Shown here one piece after another: positions 1 through 9,471 of a DNA stretch of 34,895 nt. The notes below the pieces were generated by a model, which saw only the letters and a program-made list of their open reading frames with translations, had not been told where the DNA came from and did not search any database. A program made the position numbers and the translations under genes. This DNA is from an uncultured Clostridia bacterium (GTDB lineage Bacteria; Bacillota; Clostridia; Oscillospirales; CAG-272). The stretch lies in NCBI GenBank assembly GCA_944384555.1, contig CALWTV010000267.1, positions 1 to 34,895 on the forward strand, in the 5' to 3' direction. Each line of letters begins with the position of its first letter. Position 1 is the first letter of the stretch.

Positions 1-83
1 ATTCAATCAATAGTTTACAGATAATATTTTTAGTAATTATTGTTTATTTTAAAATATATAAATTATTTTAATGGAGGGCGGTT

Positions 84-1199
84 ATGGATAAGGTCAGAAT
101 CGGTGTTATCGGAAACGGAATTATAGGCGAATCACATATTTCCGGATATCAGTCAATTCCGGATTGCGAGGTTGTTGCTATTTGCGATATAAATGAAGAG
201 CGCCTTAATTATATCGGCGATAAGTACGGAATAAAGCGCAGATTCACCCATATCGGAAAAATGCTTCTTGAAAAGGATATTGATGCGGTTGATGTTTGCC
301 TGCATAATAATCTTCACTGTCCGGTAACGGTAGCAGCGCTTGAAGCGGGAAAGCATGTATATTGTGAAAAGCCTATGGCGGGCTCATATGCCGACGCGCT
401 TACTATGTACAAAGCCGCAAAAGATACGGGAAAAAAATTGCATATTCAGCTTGCAATGCTATATAATGATGAAACACGAGGCGCGAAAAAATTAATTGAT
501 AGCGGACGGCTCGGCCATATCTATCATATGCGTTCATATGGATTCAGACGCAGAGGCAGACCATATGTTGACGGATATGCAACAAAGGAATTTGTAAATT
601 CCACTACATCGGGCGGCGGAGCGCTGTTTGATATGGGAGTTTACCATATTTCTCAATTATTATACCTTACTGGTCTCCCAAAACTTGAAAGAGTATGTGG
701 AAAAATATATCAAGAACTGGCAATGGACGAAAATCGCCGCCAGATAAGCGGTTTCAATGTAGAGGAACTTGGAACGGGATTTGCCTCGTTTGAAGGCGGT
801 TTAACAATGGATATACTTGAGTCATGGGCAATTCATGCCGCACCATTCCCGGGGTCTATGATAGCCGGTTCAAAAGGCGGTGTTACGCTTGAACCCCTTT
901 CATTCCACACTACCATTGAAGACATCGAAACAGACCAAACTTTTGACCTCGGTCATATGAATTATATGAATCATACTGTTTATCCCGAAAATGCGGTATA
1001 TGACAGCAGTCAGATACACTGGATAGCTCATCTTACAGGAAAGTGTGAATTACTGCCCACAGCGGATATCGCACTTTTAACACAGCAAATTCAAGAGGGA
1101 ATTTATATATCAAACAGCCTTAATCGTGAAGTTACTGCCGACGAAGTAGTTCAGCTTTCAAAGAGTAAGGCACTTGAAATTCCAAATTTAAAAATTTAA
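84..1199 (+). CDS. Gfo/Idh/MocA family NAD(P)-dependent oxidoreductase
   Basis: 371-aa ORF. N-terminal Rossmann motif VRIGVIGNGIIG and the EKP motif (YCEKPMA) are typical of the family. GGAGGG RBS lies just upstream of the ATG. Confidence 0.85.
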   Translation: MDKVRIGVIGNGIIGESHISGYQSIPDCEVVAICDINEERLNYIGDKYGIKRRFTHIGKMLLEKDIDAVDVCLHNNLHCPVTVAALEAGKHVYCEKPMAGSYADALTMYKAAKDTGKKLHIQLAMLYNDETRGAKKLIDSGRLGHIYHMRSYGFRRRGRPYVDGYATKEFVNSTTSGGGALFDMGVYHISQLLYLTGLPKLERVCGKIYQELAMDENRRQISGFNVEELGTGFASFEGGLTMDILESWAIHAAPFPGSMIAGSKGGVTLEPLSFHTTIEDIETDQTFDLGHMNYMNHTVYPENAVYDSSQIHWIAHLTGKCELLPTADIALLTQQIQEGIYISNSLNREVTADEVVQLSKSKALEIPNLKI

Positions 1200-1220
1200 T
1201 TACAGAGGTAAATATAAATA

Positions 1221-2069
1221 ATGTTAAATATAGGTTGTCATTTGTCATCATCAAAAGGTTTTATGGCTATGGGTGAAGAGGCTGTTTCTATCGGCGCGAA
1301 TACATTTCAGTTTTTTACCCGAAATCCACGTGGAGGAGCCGCAAAAGCGGTAAATGAACGTGACGCGGCAGATTTTATAAAATTTGCTGAAAAAAATAAT
1401 TTTGCGAAAATAATCGCCCATGCGCCATATACAATGAATCCATGTTCGGCAGACCCAAAAATCAGGGAATTTACCCGTGATACGATGGCAGACGACCTGA
1501 ATCGAATGGAATATGTTCCAAAAAATTACTATAATTTTCATCCCGGAAGTCATGTAAAGCAGGGGGAAGATATCGGAATTGCCTATATCGCAGAAATGCT
1601 CAACGCTATAATCAAGCCGGAACAGACTACTATTGTATTGCTTGAAACTATGTCAGGTAAGGGAACGGAGATAGGCGGCAATTTCAGTCATCTTAGAAAT
1701 ATTATTGACAGAGTTGAACTTAATCATAAATTGGGTGTATGTCTTGATACTTGCCATATTTGGGACGGCGGATATAATATAATAGATAATCTCGATGATA
1801 CGCTTGAAGAATTTGACAGAATAATTGGCATTGATAGATTAAAAGCTGTTCATTTAAATGACAGCAAAAATATACTTGCATCTCATAAAGACCGTCATGA
1901 AAAAATCGGGCAGGGCAATATTGGACTTGACGCTTTGGCAAAGGTTATAAATCACCCGAGTTTAAAAAAGCTCCCTTTTATACTTGAAACGCCAAATGAG
2001 CTTGACGGCTATGCCGAAGAAATAAAAATCCTGCGTGGACTTTATCAAGAAGATACGATCGATAAATGA
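1221..2069 (+). CDS. nfo: deoxyribonuclease IV (endonuclease IV, AP endonuclease family 2)
   Basis: 282 aa, collinear with E. coli Nfo as I recall it: IGCH near the N-terminus, FHPGSH, CLDTCH, HLNDSK and ILETP metal-site motifs are all present. Confidence 0.9.
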   Translation: MLNIGCHLSSSKGFMAMGEEAVSIGANTFQFFTRNPRGGAAKAVNERDAADFIKFAEKNNFAKIIAHAPYTMNPCSADPKIREFTRDTMADDLNRMEYVPKNYYNFHPGSHVKQGEDIGIAYIAEMLNAIIKPEQTTIVLLETMSGKGTEIGGNFSHLRNIIDRVELNHKLGVCLDTCHIWDGGYNIIDNLDDTLEEFDRIIGIDRLKAVHLNDSKNILASHKDRHEKIGQGNIGLDALAKVINHPSLKKLPFILETPNELDGYAEEIKILRGLYQEDTIDK

Positions 2070-2188
2070 AATAAAAAGATTGGATTATTAAGAATGCATA
2101 TTTAATATAGTCTTACTGTTTTTATGATAATTTGAGCCCCGAGTAAAAAATCTTTATTTTATATAAATTTAAAAAATTAAATATAGGA

Positions 2189-3649
2189 GTGCGACAAATG
2201 AAATTACGTAAGCTTATCACATTTATACTCGCTTTGTCAATTGTATCTTCCGGTTTTGCCTCATGCTCTGATAAAGATAATTCCGATTCACAAATTACCG
2301 AAAATATTGCAAGTGACAATACTGCGGTCACGGAAGAAACAACCTCAGAGGAAATTAAAGATAATCTGCCTTCCGATTTGAATTATAACGGATATGAATT
2401 CCGTATATATGGGATTAACAGTGCGGAGGAGATGTGGTTCAGTGAGGAGTTAAACGGAGAAGTATTAAATGATGCGATATATCAAAGAAATGCCGAAGTT
2501 GAGGAACGTCTTAATATAAAATTCAAATTTGACATGACAAACGGTGATATTGTATCAACTGCCAATATCATAAAAAATTCCGTGTTGTCGCAGAGCGATG
2601 ATTTCGATATGACTGTGGAACACGTGATTTATGGTCCGAATAATACGCTTGAGGGAATATATCATAATCTTTATGATTTGAAGTATCTGGATTTTGAAAA
2701 GCCTTGGTGGCCTTCACAGACAATAGACGAACTTACATTAAATAATAAAATGTTTTTGGGTTCAAGTATGGCAACGGCAACAGCTCTTGAGGGAAGCAAG
2801 GTCGTAGTTGCAAACAAGGATTTGTTAAAAAATTATGGAATTGATATTCCTTATCAAACGGTATATGACGGAAAATGGACACTTGATTATTTGATATCAC
2901 TCACAAAAGATGTGTATTCAGATGTTAATGGCGACAGTAAAAAAGATGCTGGAGATATTTATGGATATGCTACTCAATGTGCTCAAAATGGATATATAGT
3001 TTCATGTGATATTCCGGTGCTTGAAAAAGGTACAGACGGTTCTCTTACAATTTCAGCGTACAGTGATAAAATGGTATGGCTTGTTGAAACTCTTTATGAC
3101 TGGTATTATGATTCAGTAGGAACATATGTTACAGCATGGGACGGAGATTATACAAAAGTATTTAAAAATGGAAATGCGCTTTTTGCGTTTGCTCAAATTT
3201 CAAATATAGCTAAAGATTATAGAGAATCAGATGTTAACTATGCAATATTGCCTCAGCCTAAATATGACGAAAATCAGAGCAATTATAGAACGTTTGCACA
3301 TGAGTCATTTTTCTGCGTTCCAATTACAAACAGTGACCCTGATAGAACTTCTGCCGTTATAGAAGCTTTAAGCTATGCCGGATACAAAAAAGTAATTCCT
3401 GCATATTATGAAATAACGCTTAAAGGAAAACTTGCGGATTCCGAAGACGATGTAAAAATGCTTGAAATTATCAATAACACAAGAACTATAAGCTTTGCGT
3501 ATATATATGACAACTGGGAAGGATTTGGACATCTGTTTTCAAATATTTTCAACGGAACTGGTGGAAGCAGAGACTATACTTCATATTATGAAAAACGCTT
3601 GAAGTCAGCCCAGAAACGAGCTGATAAAATTTCAGAAGCGTTTCAGTAA
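2189..3649 (+). CDS. extracellular solute-binding lipoprotein (ABC transporter substrate-binding protein, carbohydrate type)
   Basis: 486 aa. Signal peptide with lipobox (GFASC), then a Ser/Thr/Asp/Glu-rich linker. Size and composition fit large family-1 (LipO-like) sugar-binding lipoproteins. AGGAG RBS. Confidence 0.65.
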   Translation: MRQMKLRKLITFILALSIVSSGFASCSDKDNSDSQITENIASDNTAVTEETTSEEIKDNLPSDLNYNGYEFRIYGINSAEEMWFSEELNGEVLNDAIYQRNAEVEERLNIKFKFDMTNGDIVSTANIIKNSVLSQSDDFDMTVEHVIYGPNNTLEGIYHNLYDLKYLDFEKPWWPSQTIDELTLNNKMFLGSSMATATALEGSKVVVANKDLLKNYGIDIPYQTVYDGKWTLDYLISLTKDVYSDVNGDSKKDAGDIYGYATQCAQNGYIVSCDIPVLEKGTDGSLTISAYSDKMVWLVETLYDWYYDSVGTYVTAWDGDYTKVFKNGNALFAFAQISNIAKDYRESDVNYAILPQPKYDENQSNYRTFAHESFFCVPITNSDPDRTSAVIEALSYAGYKKVIPAYYEITLKGKLADSEDDVKMLEIINNTRTISFAYIYDNWEGFGHLFSNIFNGTGGSRDYTSYYEKRLKSAQKRADKISEAFQ

Positions 3650-3689
3650 TTAATTTTTAAAATCCGTGATTTGGATTTATAATCCAATG

Positions 3690-3724
3690 AAAAGGGAGAT
3701 GATTTTTTACGTCATCTCCTTTTT
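3690..3724. terminator. bidirectional rho-independent terminator between convergent genes
   Basis: GGAGATGA (3695-3702) pairs with TCATCTCC (3712-3719). The stem is flanked by an A-run on the left and a T-run on the right. Confidence 0.75.
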
Positions 3725-3726
3725 AA

Positions 3727-4641
3727 CTATTTGATTTTATTTGATGAAATTTTCATCATAATTTTGCGTATAGGTCTGATTTCTGAAACAATAATTGATA
3801 TAAAAATTAAAATGAATCCACTAAGCAAACGTGGCGTAACTTCTTCATTATATAAAATTATTGAAAATATAACACCGAAAACACTCTCAAGACTTAAAAT
3901 TATCGAAGCAGCGGCGGGACTTGTATACTTTAATCCGATTGTCTGGAACATAAGCGTGACAGCGGTACAAAATACTGAAAGATATATAAGAGCAAAAGCA
4001 AGTTCGCCGTTTATCAAATTTTGAGAGATATACGGTATACCTTCAAAAATTAAAGATGAACACCACGATAACAATGCGGCAAATCCGAACTGAAGAATTG
4101 TTATAAGAATAGGGTCACGACTGCCGCTTGTTTTGGCAAGCACTACAATATGAGCCGCAAACATGAATCCACCGAGAAGTGTAAGTATATCACCTTTTTG
4201 AATTGTAAAAGATGCTGTAAGAGATACAAGCCCGATTCCTGATAAGCATAGCAAAGCGGCGGCAAGGTTATCGGCGCCGGGTTTGATTTTATCGGTAGCC
4301 CAAAACATAAACGGTACAATTACACAATATACCGCTGTAAGAAACGCATTTTTTCCTGGAGTTGTAAGCGTAAGCCCAAGAGTTTGAGTGATATATGCAG
4401 TGTACAGACATATTCCGGCGGCAAGTCCGGTTAATATATATTCATGGTTGACTAATTTCCATTTTCGAGAAAAAACAGCCCCTAAAATCAGAAATGCCGC
4501 AGTAAATCTAATTGCAAGCAGAAGATTTGGAGGTATTGTATCAACTGTATTTTTCATGATTACAAAAGAGCTTCCCCAAATCAATGTAGCACTTAGAAGT
4601 GCTAATTTTGCTAATATTTGTTTGATTTTTAAATTATCCAA
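3727..4641 (-). CDS. EamA/DMT family transporter
   Basis: 304 aa, about 10 hydrophobic segments arranged as two EamA-like halves. TTG start with an AGAGGT RBS about 10 nt upstream. Confidence 0.85.
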   Translation of the reverse strand: MDNLKIKQILAKLALLSATLIWGSSFVIMKNTVDTIPPNLLLAIRFTAAFLILGAVFSRKWKLVNHEYILTGLAAGICLYTAYITQTLGLTLTTPGKNAFLTAVYCVIVPFMFWATDKIKPGADNLAAALLCLSGIGLVSLTASFTIQKGDILTLLGGFMFAAHIVVLAKTSGSRDPILITILQFGFAALLSWCSSLIFEGIPYISQNLINGELAFALIYLSVFCTAVTLMFQTIGLKYTSPAAASIILSLESVFGVIFSIILYNEEVTPRLLSGFILIFISIIVSEIRPIRKIMMKISSNKIK

Positions 4642-4712
4642 ATTTTTTATTACCTCTTTTATTGTAGAGTTTAAATAAATGTAATGTGATTATAAAAATA
4701 TAGTATGCGGTA

Positions 4713-4741
4713 TTGATTTAAATATAATTACATGGTATAAT
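4713..4741 (+). promoter_or_regulatory. sigma-A type promoter (TTGATT-17 nt-TATAAT, extended TGn -10)
   Basis: TTGATT at 4713-4718, 17-nt spacer ending in TGG, TATAAT at 4736-4741. It lies 37 nt upstream of the coaW start. Confidence 0.55.
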
Positions 4742-4777
4742 AAAAGTTCAAAATAAAAAATATATCAGAGGTGTATT

Positions 4778-5620
4778 ATGGGTGTAGTTATAGGAATTGA
4801 CGTCGGCGGAAGTACTACAAAAATTGTTGGTTTTCTCGGAGAAAGAAATGAAAGTGAGAAAAAATTGATTGAACCGCTGTTTGTACGCGCCACTGACCCG
4901 ATTACCTCCATTTACGGTGCTTTTGGAAAATTTACAGAAGTAAATAATCTTGAACTTAGTGATATAGATAAAATTATGATAACCGGTGTAGGGTCATCGT
5001 TTGTATCAAAGCCGATTTATTCACTGCCATGTGAGGTTACTCCAGAATTCAAGTGTATAGGTTTGGGCGGATTATATCTTTCTCAGCTTGATGACGCCAT
5101 AATAGCTAGCTTGGGCACAGGAACGGCATTGGTTCATGCAATCCGCGGAAAAGAGCCGGTTTATCTCGGAGGTACTGGAGTAGGCGGCGGAACTTTGATG
5201 GGACTCTCAAAAAAATTGCTTGGAATGGACGATATAAAACATGTGCAGGAAGTTGCATCAAGCGGAGATTTAAATAAAATAGATTTGAAAATTAAGGATA
5301 TTACTCAGAAAGATATTGTCCCCGGATTTTCTGACAGAATGACGGCATCAAACTTTGGCAATATCAGCGACCTTGCTTCAAAAAATGATATTGCGCTCGG
5401 AATTATCAATATGGTTTTCGAAACAATCGGCATGGTATCAATTTTTGCGGCGAGAAATCATTCGATAAAAGATATAGTGCTTACTGGAAATTTAACAAGT
5501 GTAAATCAAGCGTCCGAAATTTTTAATACACTCAACAATATGTTCGGTGTAAACTTTATAATCCCTAAATATTCCCAATTTGGCACTGTAATAGGCGCGG
5601 CATTGTCAGCGGACGTATGA
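4778..5620 (+). CDS. coaW: type II pantothenate kinase
   Basis: 280 aa. ASKHA-fold phosphate motifs IGIDVGGSTTK, LGTGTA and GGTGVGGGT. IDLKIKDI and TASNFG align with Staphylococcus-type PanK-II as I recall it. Confidence 0.75.
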   Translation: MGVVIGIDVGGSTTKIVGFLGERNESEKKLIEPLFVRATDPITSIYGAFGKFTEVNNLELSDIDKIMITGVGSSFVSKPIYSLPCEVTPEFKCIGLGGLYLSQLDDAIIASLGTGTALVHAIRGKEPVYLGGTGVGGGTLMGLSKKLLGMDDIKHVQEVASSGDLNKIDLKIKDITQKDIVPGFSDRMTASNFGNISDLASKNDIALGIINMVFETIGMVSIFAARNHSIKDIVLTGNLTSVNQASEIFNTLNNMFGVNFIIPKYSQFGTVIGAALSADV

Positions 5621-5638
5621 TAGAATATTACACAATTT

Positions 5639-5679
5639 AACGTGAGTCTGAAATTATAATCAAACTCACGTTATTTTTT
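5639..5679 (+). terminator. rho-independent terminator after coaW
   Basis: AACGTGAGT (5639-5647) pairs with ACTCACGTT (5664-5672), followed by ATTTTTT. Confidence 0.75.
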
Positions 5680-5703
5680 ATTAAAATTTATTTATTAAAA
5701 GAT

Positions 5704-6951
5704 TTATTTTTTAGGTTCACGTCTGTAATATTTATCGATTTCGTCTTTCATGTTTTGAGGAATTACTCTCGGAACCGGCATCATTTCAGCGTTGATTATT
5801 TTTTCAGCAAAAGCTTTCATATAACGCATTGTTTTTGCCATAGCCTGCGGACAGAGCGGCATTATCAAGTCATTGCGGTTATGAATTCCAGCCTGTCCCT
5901 GTCTTGCAAAGCTAAGCGCCGGTACCCCTGAATCGGCAAACGGAGTAGAATCGCTTGAATAAACTCCCTGGCTTATTCTGATTGAATGACGCATTTCACG
6001 TGCTAAATATTCCATAGCGCCCTGAAGTGAGTTGTCTGCGGTGTAACATGCGATATCATTTCCGAGTACTGTACCGGTCATATCGATATTTATGCAGAAC
6101 TGGTATTTTTCAAGTTCATCTTTATGTGCTGAAGTATACGCTTTGCTTCCTAAAAGTCCGAGTTCCTCAGAACCGCACCAAATAAATTTAAGTGTTCTTC
6201 TTGGAGGATTTTCTTTAAAGTGTCTGTAAAATTCCATTAAATCTGCTGAACCGGAGGCATTATCCCAAGCGCCTTTACTGAAAGGTACGCTGTCATAATG
6301 TGCAGTAAACGCAACAATTTCATCAGGAAAATCAGTGCCTTTTATTTCAGCTACAACATTATGAGATGTAAGCTTGAATTCGGTCTGACATAATTCCATT
6401 TTTACTTTTGAGGCTCCGTCGCGTACCATTTCGATAGCGTCACGTACACGCATTGTAACTCCGGGAATAGTTCCGTTTTCTATAAATAAATCTCGGATAT
6501 AGCGTTTGCTGAGGTCGGTTTTTTCAACTTCATCGATAAAGCTTCCGTCAAATAAAATAAAACCTGCCGCACCGCTTTTTACAAGACGCTTGTATACATC
6601 AAGCCCGAGTCCGTTAAGCATTACGATTTTGCCTTTCACATCGTAAAAATCGATTTCATCACCGTTTTCGATATATTTGAAAGGAGCAATTATTCCATTT
6701 TCGGGAGTAGAGCCGCTTCTGCCTACTCCGGTAACGGTAATTTCTCTTTCAAATGGTTCGAGTACTGTCAACTTTACTGATTTAACTTCATAATGAGTGA
6801 TTTCAAACGGTTCAAGCTGCGCTGTACCGCCCAGAGCTTCTACCTCAGATTTTAATATTTCTGCGGCGCGAAGCTCATCAGGAGTACCGCCCTGTCTGTT
6901 AAAATATAATTTTTCTATTATACCGTATTGATAAAGCCCGTTATTTTCCAT
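5704..6951 (-). CDS. M28 family metallo-aminopeptidase with PA domain
   Basis: 415 aa. HYDS, AWDNASG, GSEELGL(L)GS and a terminal DS..F/H region match the M28 zinc-ligand pattern. A central protease-associated insert is present. AGGAGA RBS. Confidence 0.8.
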   Translation of the reverse strand: MENNGLYQYGIIEKLYFNRQGGTPDELRAAEILKSEVEALGGTAQLEPFEITHYEVKSVKLTVLEPFEREITVTGVGRSGSTPENGIIAPFKYIENGDEIDFYDVKGKIVMLNGLGLDVYKRLVKSGAAGFILFDGSFIDEVEKTDLSKRYIRDLFIENGTIPGVTMRVRDAIEMVRDGASKVKMELCQTEFKLTSHNVVAEIKGTDFPDEIVAFTAHYDSVPFSKGAWDNASGSADLMEFYRHFKENPPRRTLKFIWCGSEELGLLGSKAYTSAHKDELEKYQFCINIDMTGTVLGNDIACYTADNSLQGAMEYLAREMRHSIRISQGVYSSDSTPFADSGVPALSFARQGQAGIHNRNDLIMPLCPQAMAKTMRYMKAFAEKIINAEMMPVPRVIPQNMKDEIDKYYRREPKK

Positions 6952-7116
6952 TTTATATTCTCCTGATATAAAAATTTAGTCGAAATTATTATATACGATA
7001 TTTCCAAAATAAACAACCCCTAAATTAATATTTAGATGAAATATATTCTTAAAACGTTAAAATATTTATAAATAATATAAAAATTTTATATAAATTACCC
7101 AAAGTAAAATTGTGTA

Positions 7117-7145
7117 TTGACAATTTATACAATATATGATAAGAT
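7117..7145 (+). promoter_or_regulatory. candidate sigma-A promoter (TTGACA-17 nt-TAAGAT)
   Basis: Perfect -35 TTGACA at 7117-7122, 17-nt spacer, TAAGAT at 7140-7145. It lies upstream of the DUF5050-like gene. Confidence 0.4.
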
Positions 7146-7212
7146 TAAATATAAAAAACTATTATTCCTGAATACTTTATATCAATAAGTAATACTAAAA
7201 GGATATGTGATA

Positions 7213-8421
7213 ATGCTTAATAGAAAAATTATATTTTTGCTCTCAATAATTTTAATTTTTATATTGTTAAGTAGCTGTGGAAAAATATCCCGAACCAATG
7301 ATGTAAAAACAAACTGCTCTTATAAGGAAAATACAATTGATATGCTAATTGAGGAGAGCAAGGTTCAATCACAAAATCTCCAATCTGTTGATAATGATAA
7401 TATAGATAAAAAATACGATTCAGAAAAGCTTGGATTTATGGGAGGCAATATTTCTGCCGGAGGGCTTATCAGCGGAGATGGCAATGGCTGGATTTATTAT
7501 CGCAGTGAGAATGATAACTGGTGTCTATATAAGGCAAAACTTGATGGTACTCAAAAAAATAAATTGTGCGATGATATACCATCATGCATAAATGTACTTG
7601 GCGACTGGGTTTATTATTCAAATTACAAGGACGGTTTTTCAATTTACCGAATTAAAAGTGATGGCTCAGAGAGAGAAAAGCTTGTCGATGGATACTGCCG
7701 AAATCTTTATGTAACAGAAAACGGTATGTATTTTGATATACGCGATGAAAATAATTCTCCGCAGGTTTATCATGCAAAACTTGACGGAACTGATAAAAAT
7801 CTTATCGTACAGGATATGAGGGTTGCGGCATATTATGATAAATCTTTATATTGCTATAATACAAAGACGTTAAAAAAATATGATAATGTTACTGGTGAAT
7901 TGGATATAATTTATGATGGGTATACGCATAATCATTACGCCGATATAAATGGAATTTATTTTTGGGCAGTTGATGATAATAAATATTATAAGATGGATTA
8001 TGATGGTAAATTAACCGAATTAGCTAAAAACGGAGATTCTTTTAATTATGCCGATGGCAAGTTATATTACATAGCTTTGAATGCAGATTCGTTTGATAAT
8101 TATTGTATGTATTGTCTTGATACAAAAACTATGGAAAAGAGCATAATTCTATCGCTTTCAGAGCAGTATTTTGATATTTATACAGGAGAAGCTCTCGGTA
8201 TTACAATAAAATATTTCCGTGAAAATTATGATAAAATCGATGCTTCTCTATTTGACCATTATGACGGAGCTTTTATTGGGATAAATGAACAAGCGGGGTA
8301 TCCTTATATAATTGAAGGCAGAGTATATTCACGAGGAGTATTAAAAGAAAGCAAAACAAAGAATGGCAGATGGGATTGCATTATTTTGTGCAACGGTAGC
8401 GGAGGCACTGTTTGGGATTGA
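7213..8421 (+). CDS. DUF5050-like beta-propeller lipoprotein
   Basis: Signal peptide plus lipobox (LLSSC). Repeated W/Y-YY...DG..K.KL modules (for example WIYYRS..., WVYYSN...IYRIKSDGSEREKL, MYFD...HAKLDGTDKN) are typical of DUF5050/TolB-like repeats. The track start is GTG 7207. ATG 7213 has better spacing to the AAAGGA RBS. Confidence 0.6.
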   Translation: MLNRKIIFLLSIILIFILLSSCGKISRTNDVKTNCSYKENTIDMLIEESKVQSQNLQSVDNDNIDKKYDSEKLGFMGGNISAGGLISGDGNGWIYYRSENDNWCLYKAKLDGTQKNKLCDDIPSCINVLGDWVYYSNYKDGFSIYRIKSDGSEREKLVDGYCRNLYVTENGMYFDIRDENNSPQVYHAKLDGTDKNLIVQDMRVAAYYDKSLYCYNTKTLKKYDNVTGELDIIYDGYTHNHYADINGIYFWAVDDNKYYKMDYDGKLTELAKNGDSFNYADGKLYYIALNADSFDNYCMYCLDTKTMEKSIILSLSEQYFDIYTGEALGITIKYFRENYDKIDASLFDHYDGAFIGINEQAGYPYIIEGRVYSRGVLKESKTKNGRWDCIILCNGSGGTVWD

Positions 8422-8488
8422 GTCTTACCGAAAAATTATGATTAAAATAAATTTTTCTAATAATTTATTCTTAATATATTAAAAAATT

Positions 8489-8520
8489 ACCGCTAAAATA
8501 AAATTAGCGGTTTTTATTTT
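8489..8520 (+). terminator. rho-independent terminator
   Basis: ACCGCTAA (8489-8496) pairs with TTAGCGGT (8504-8511), followed by a T-run. Confidence 0.75.
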
Positions 8521-8546
8521 TAGAATTAAATGAAAGGCAATTACGT

Positions 8547-9380
8547 ATGAATAAAATTATTACTGATAAAAAAACGGTAAAAGAAGTGCTGAACGATAAA
8601 AAGCTTTTTATATTCGATATGGACGGTACAATATATCTTGGAAAAAACGTATTTCCATTTGCCATTGATTTTATTAATCATTTGAGAAATGACGGACGGC
8701 AAATTTTATTTTTTACAAATAATGCGTCACATTCTACTGATTTTTATTACACAAAGCTTGAAAGAATTGGATTTTCTCCGAAAAAAGGTGAAATAATGAC
8801 ATCTGGAGATGTAACGATAGAATTTTTAAAGCGTTATCGCAAAGATAAAAGCGTTTATCTAGTAGGAACAGAAGAATTATGCGATTCTTTTAAAAATGCG
8901 GAAATTTGCCTTTTAAATGGCAGTGAAAAAAGTGCTGATATTGTCATTACAAGTTTTGATACCTCGCTTACATATGAAAAATTAAACAATGCATGCCGAT
9001 ATATTAGGAACGGAGCAGAATATTTATCAACTCATCCGGATTTCAATTGCCCTACCGAAGATGGATTTATTCCCGACAGTGGTGCAATTGCCGCATTTGT
9101 AACTACTTCCACTGGTATCATTCCCACATATTTCGGAAAACCTTATGAGGAAACGGTACAGATGATTTCAGAAACCTCAAACGTTAAAAGAAGTGATATG
9201 TGTATTTTTGGCGACAGGCTTTATACAGATATAGCAACGGGCAAGCGTCACGGAATAACCGCGGTTCTTGTATTGTCAGGTGAAACCCAGATTTCCGACC
9301 TTGAAAATGTGTGTGAATGTGATTACCCTGATATTGTATTAAACTCTCTTTTAGAAGCAGATGAGGCGATGTTTTTATAA
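8547..9380 (+). CDS. HAD-IIA family hydrolase (NagD-like sugar-phosphate phosphatase)
   Basis: 277 aa. Motif I FIFDMDGTIY, motif II FFTNNAS, and motif IV GDRLYTDI followed by VLSG are typical of subfamily IIA. Confidence 0.8.
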   Translation: MNKIITDKKTVKEVLNDKKLFIFDMDGTIYLGKNVFPFAIDFINHLRNDGRQILFFTNNASHSTDFYYTKLERIGFSPKKGEIMTSGDVTIEFLKRYRKDKSVYLVGTEELCDSFKNAEICLLNGSEKSADIVITSFDTSLTYEKLNNACRYIRNGAEYLSTHPDFNCPTEDGFIPDSGAIAAFVTTSTGIIPTYFGKPYEETVQMISETSNVKRSDMCIFGDRLYTDIATGKRHGITAVLVLSGETQISDLENVCECDYPDIVLNSLLEADEAMFL

Positions 9381-9409
9381 TAAATTATTTTATATTGCTT
9401 AGATTATTA

Positions 9410-9437
9410 TTGATAATATCAAAAAATATGGTATAAT
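9410..9437 (+). promoter_or_regulatory. sigma-A type promoter (TTGATA-16 nt-TATAAT, extended TGn -10)
   Basis: TTGATA at 9410-9415, TGG then TATAAT at 9432-9437. The -35 sits inside a 13-bp palindrome, TTGATAATATCAA. Confidence 0.5.
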
Positions 9438-9471
9438 AATAAGGATAATTATAAATTATGAGGATTAATAT

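Noticed and set aside
1221-2069. Re-interpreting the nfo-like gene as a sugar-phosphate isomerase/epimerase (xylose-isomerase-like TIM barrel) because of its sugar-gene neighbours.
   Set aside because: The sequence is collinear with endonuclease IV across all metal-binding motifs (FHPGSH, DTCH, HLNDSK, ILETP). The Nfo call therefore stands.
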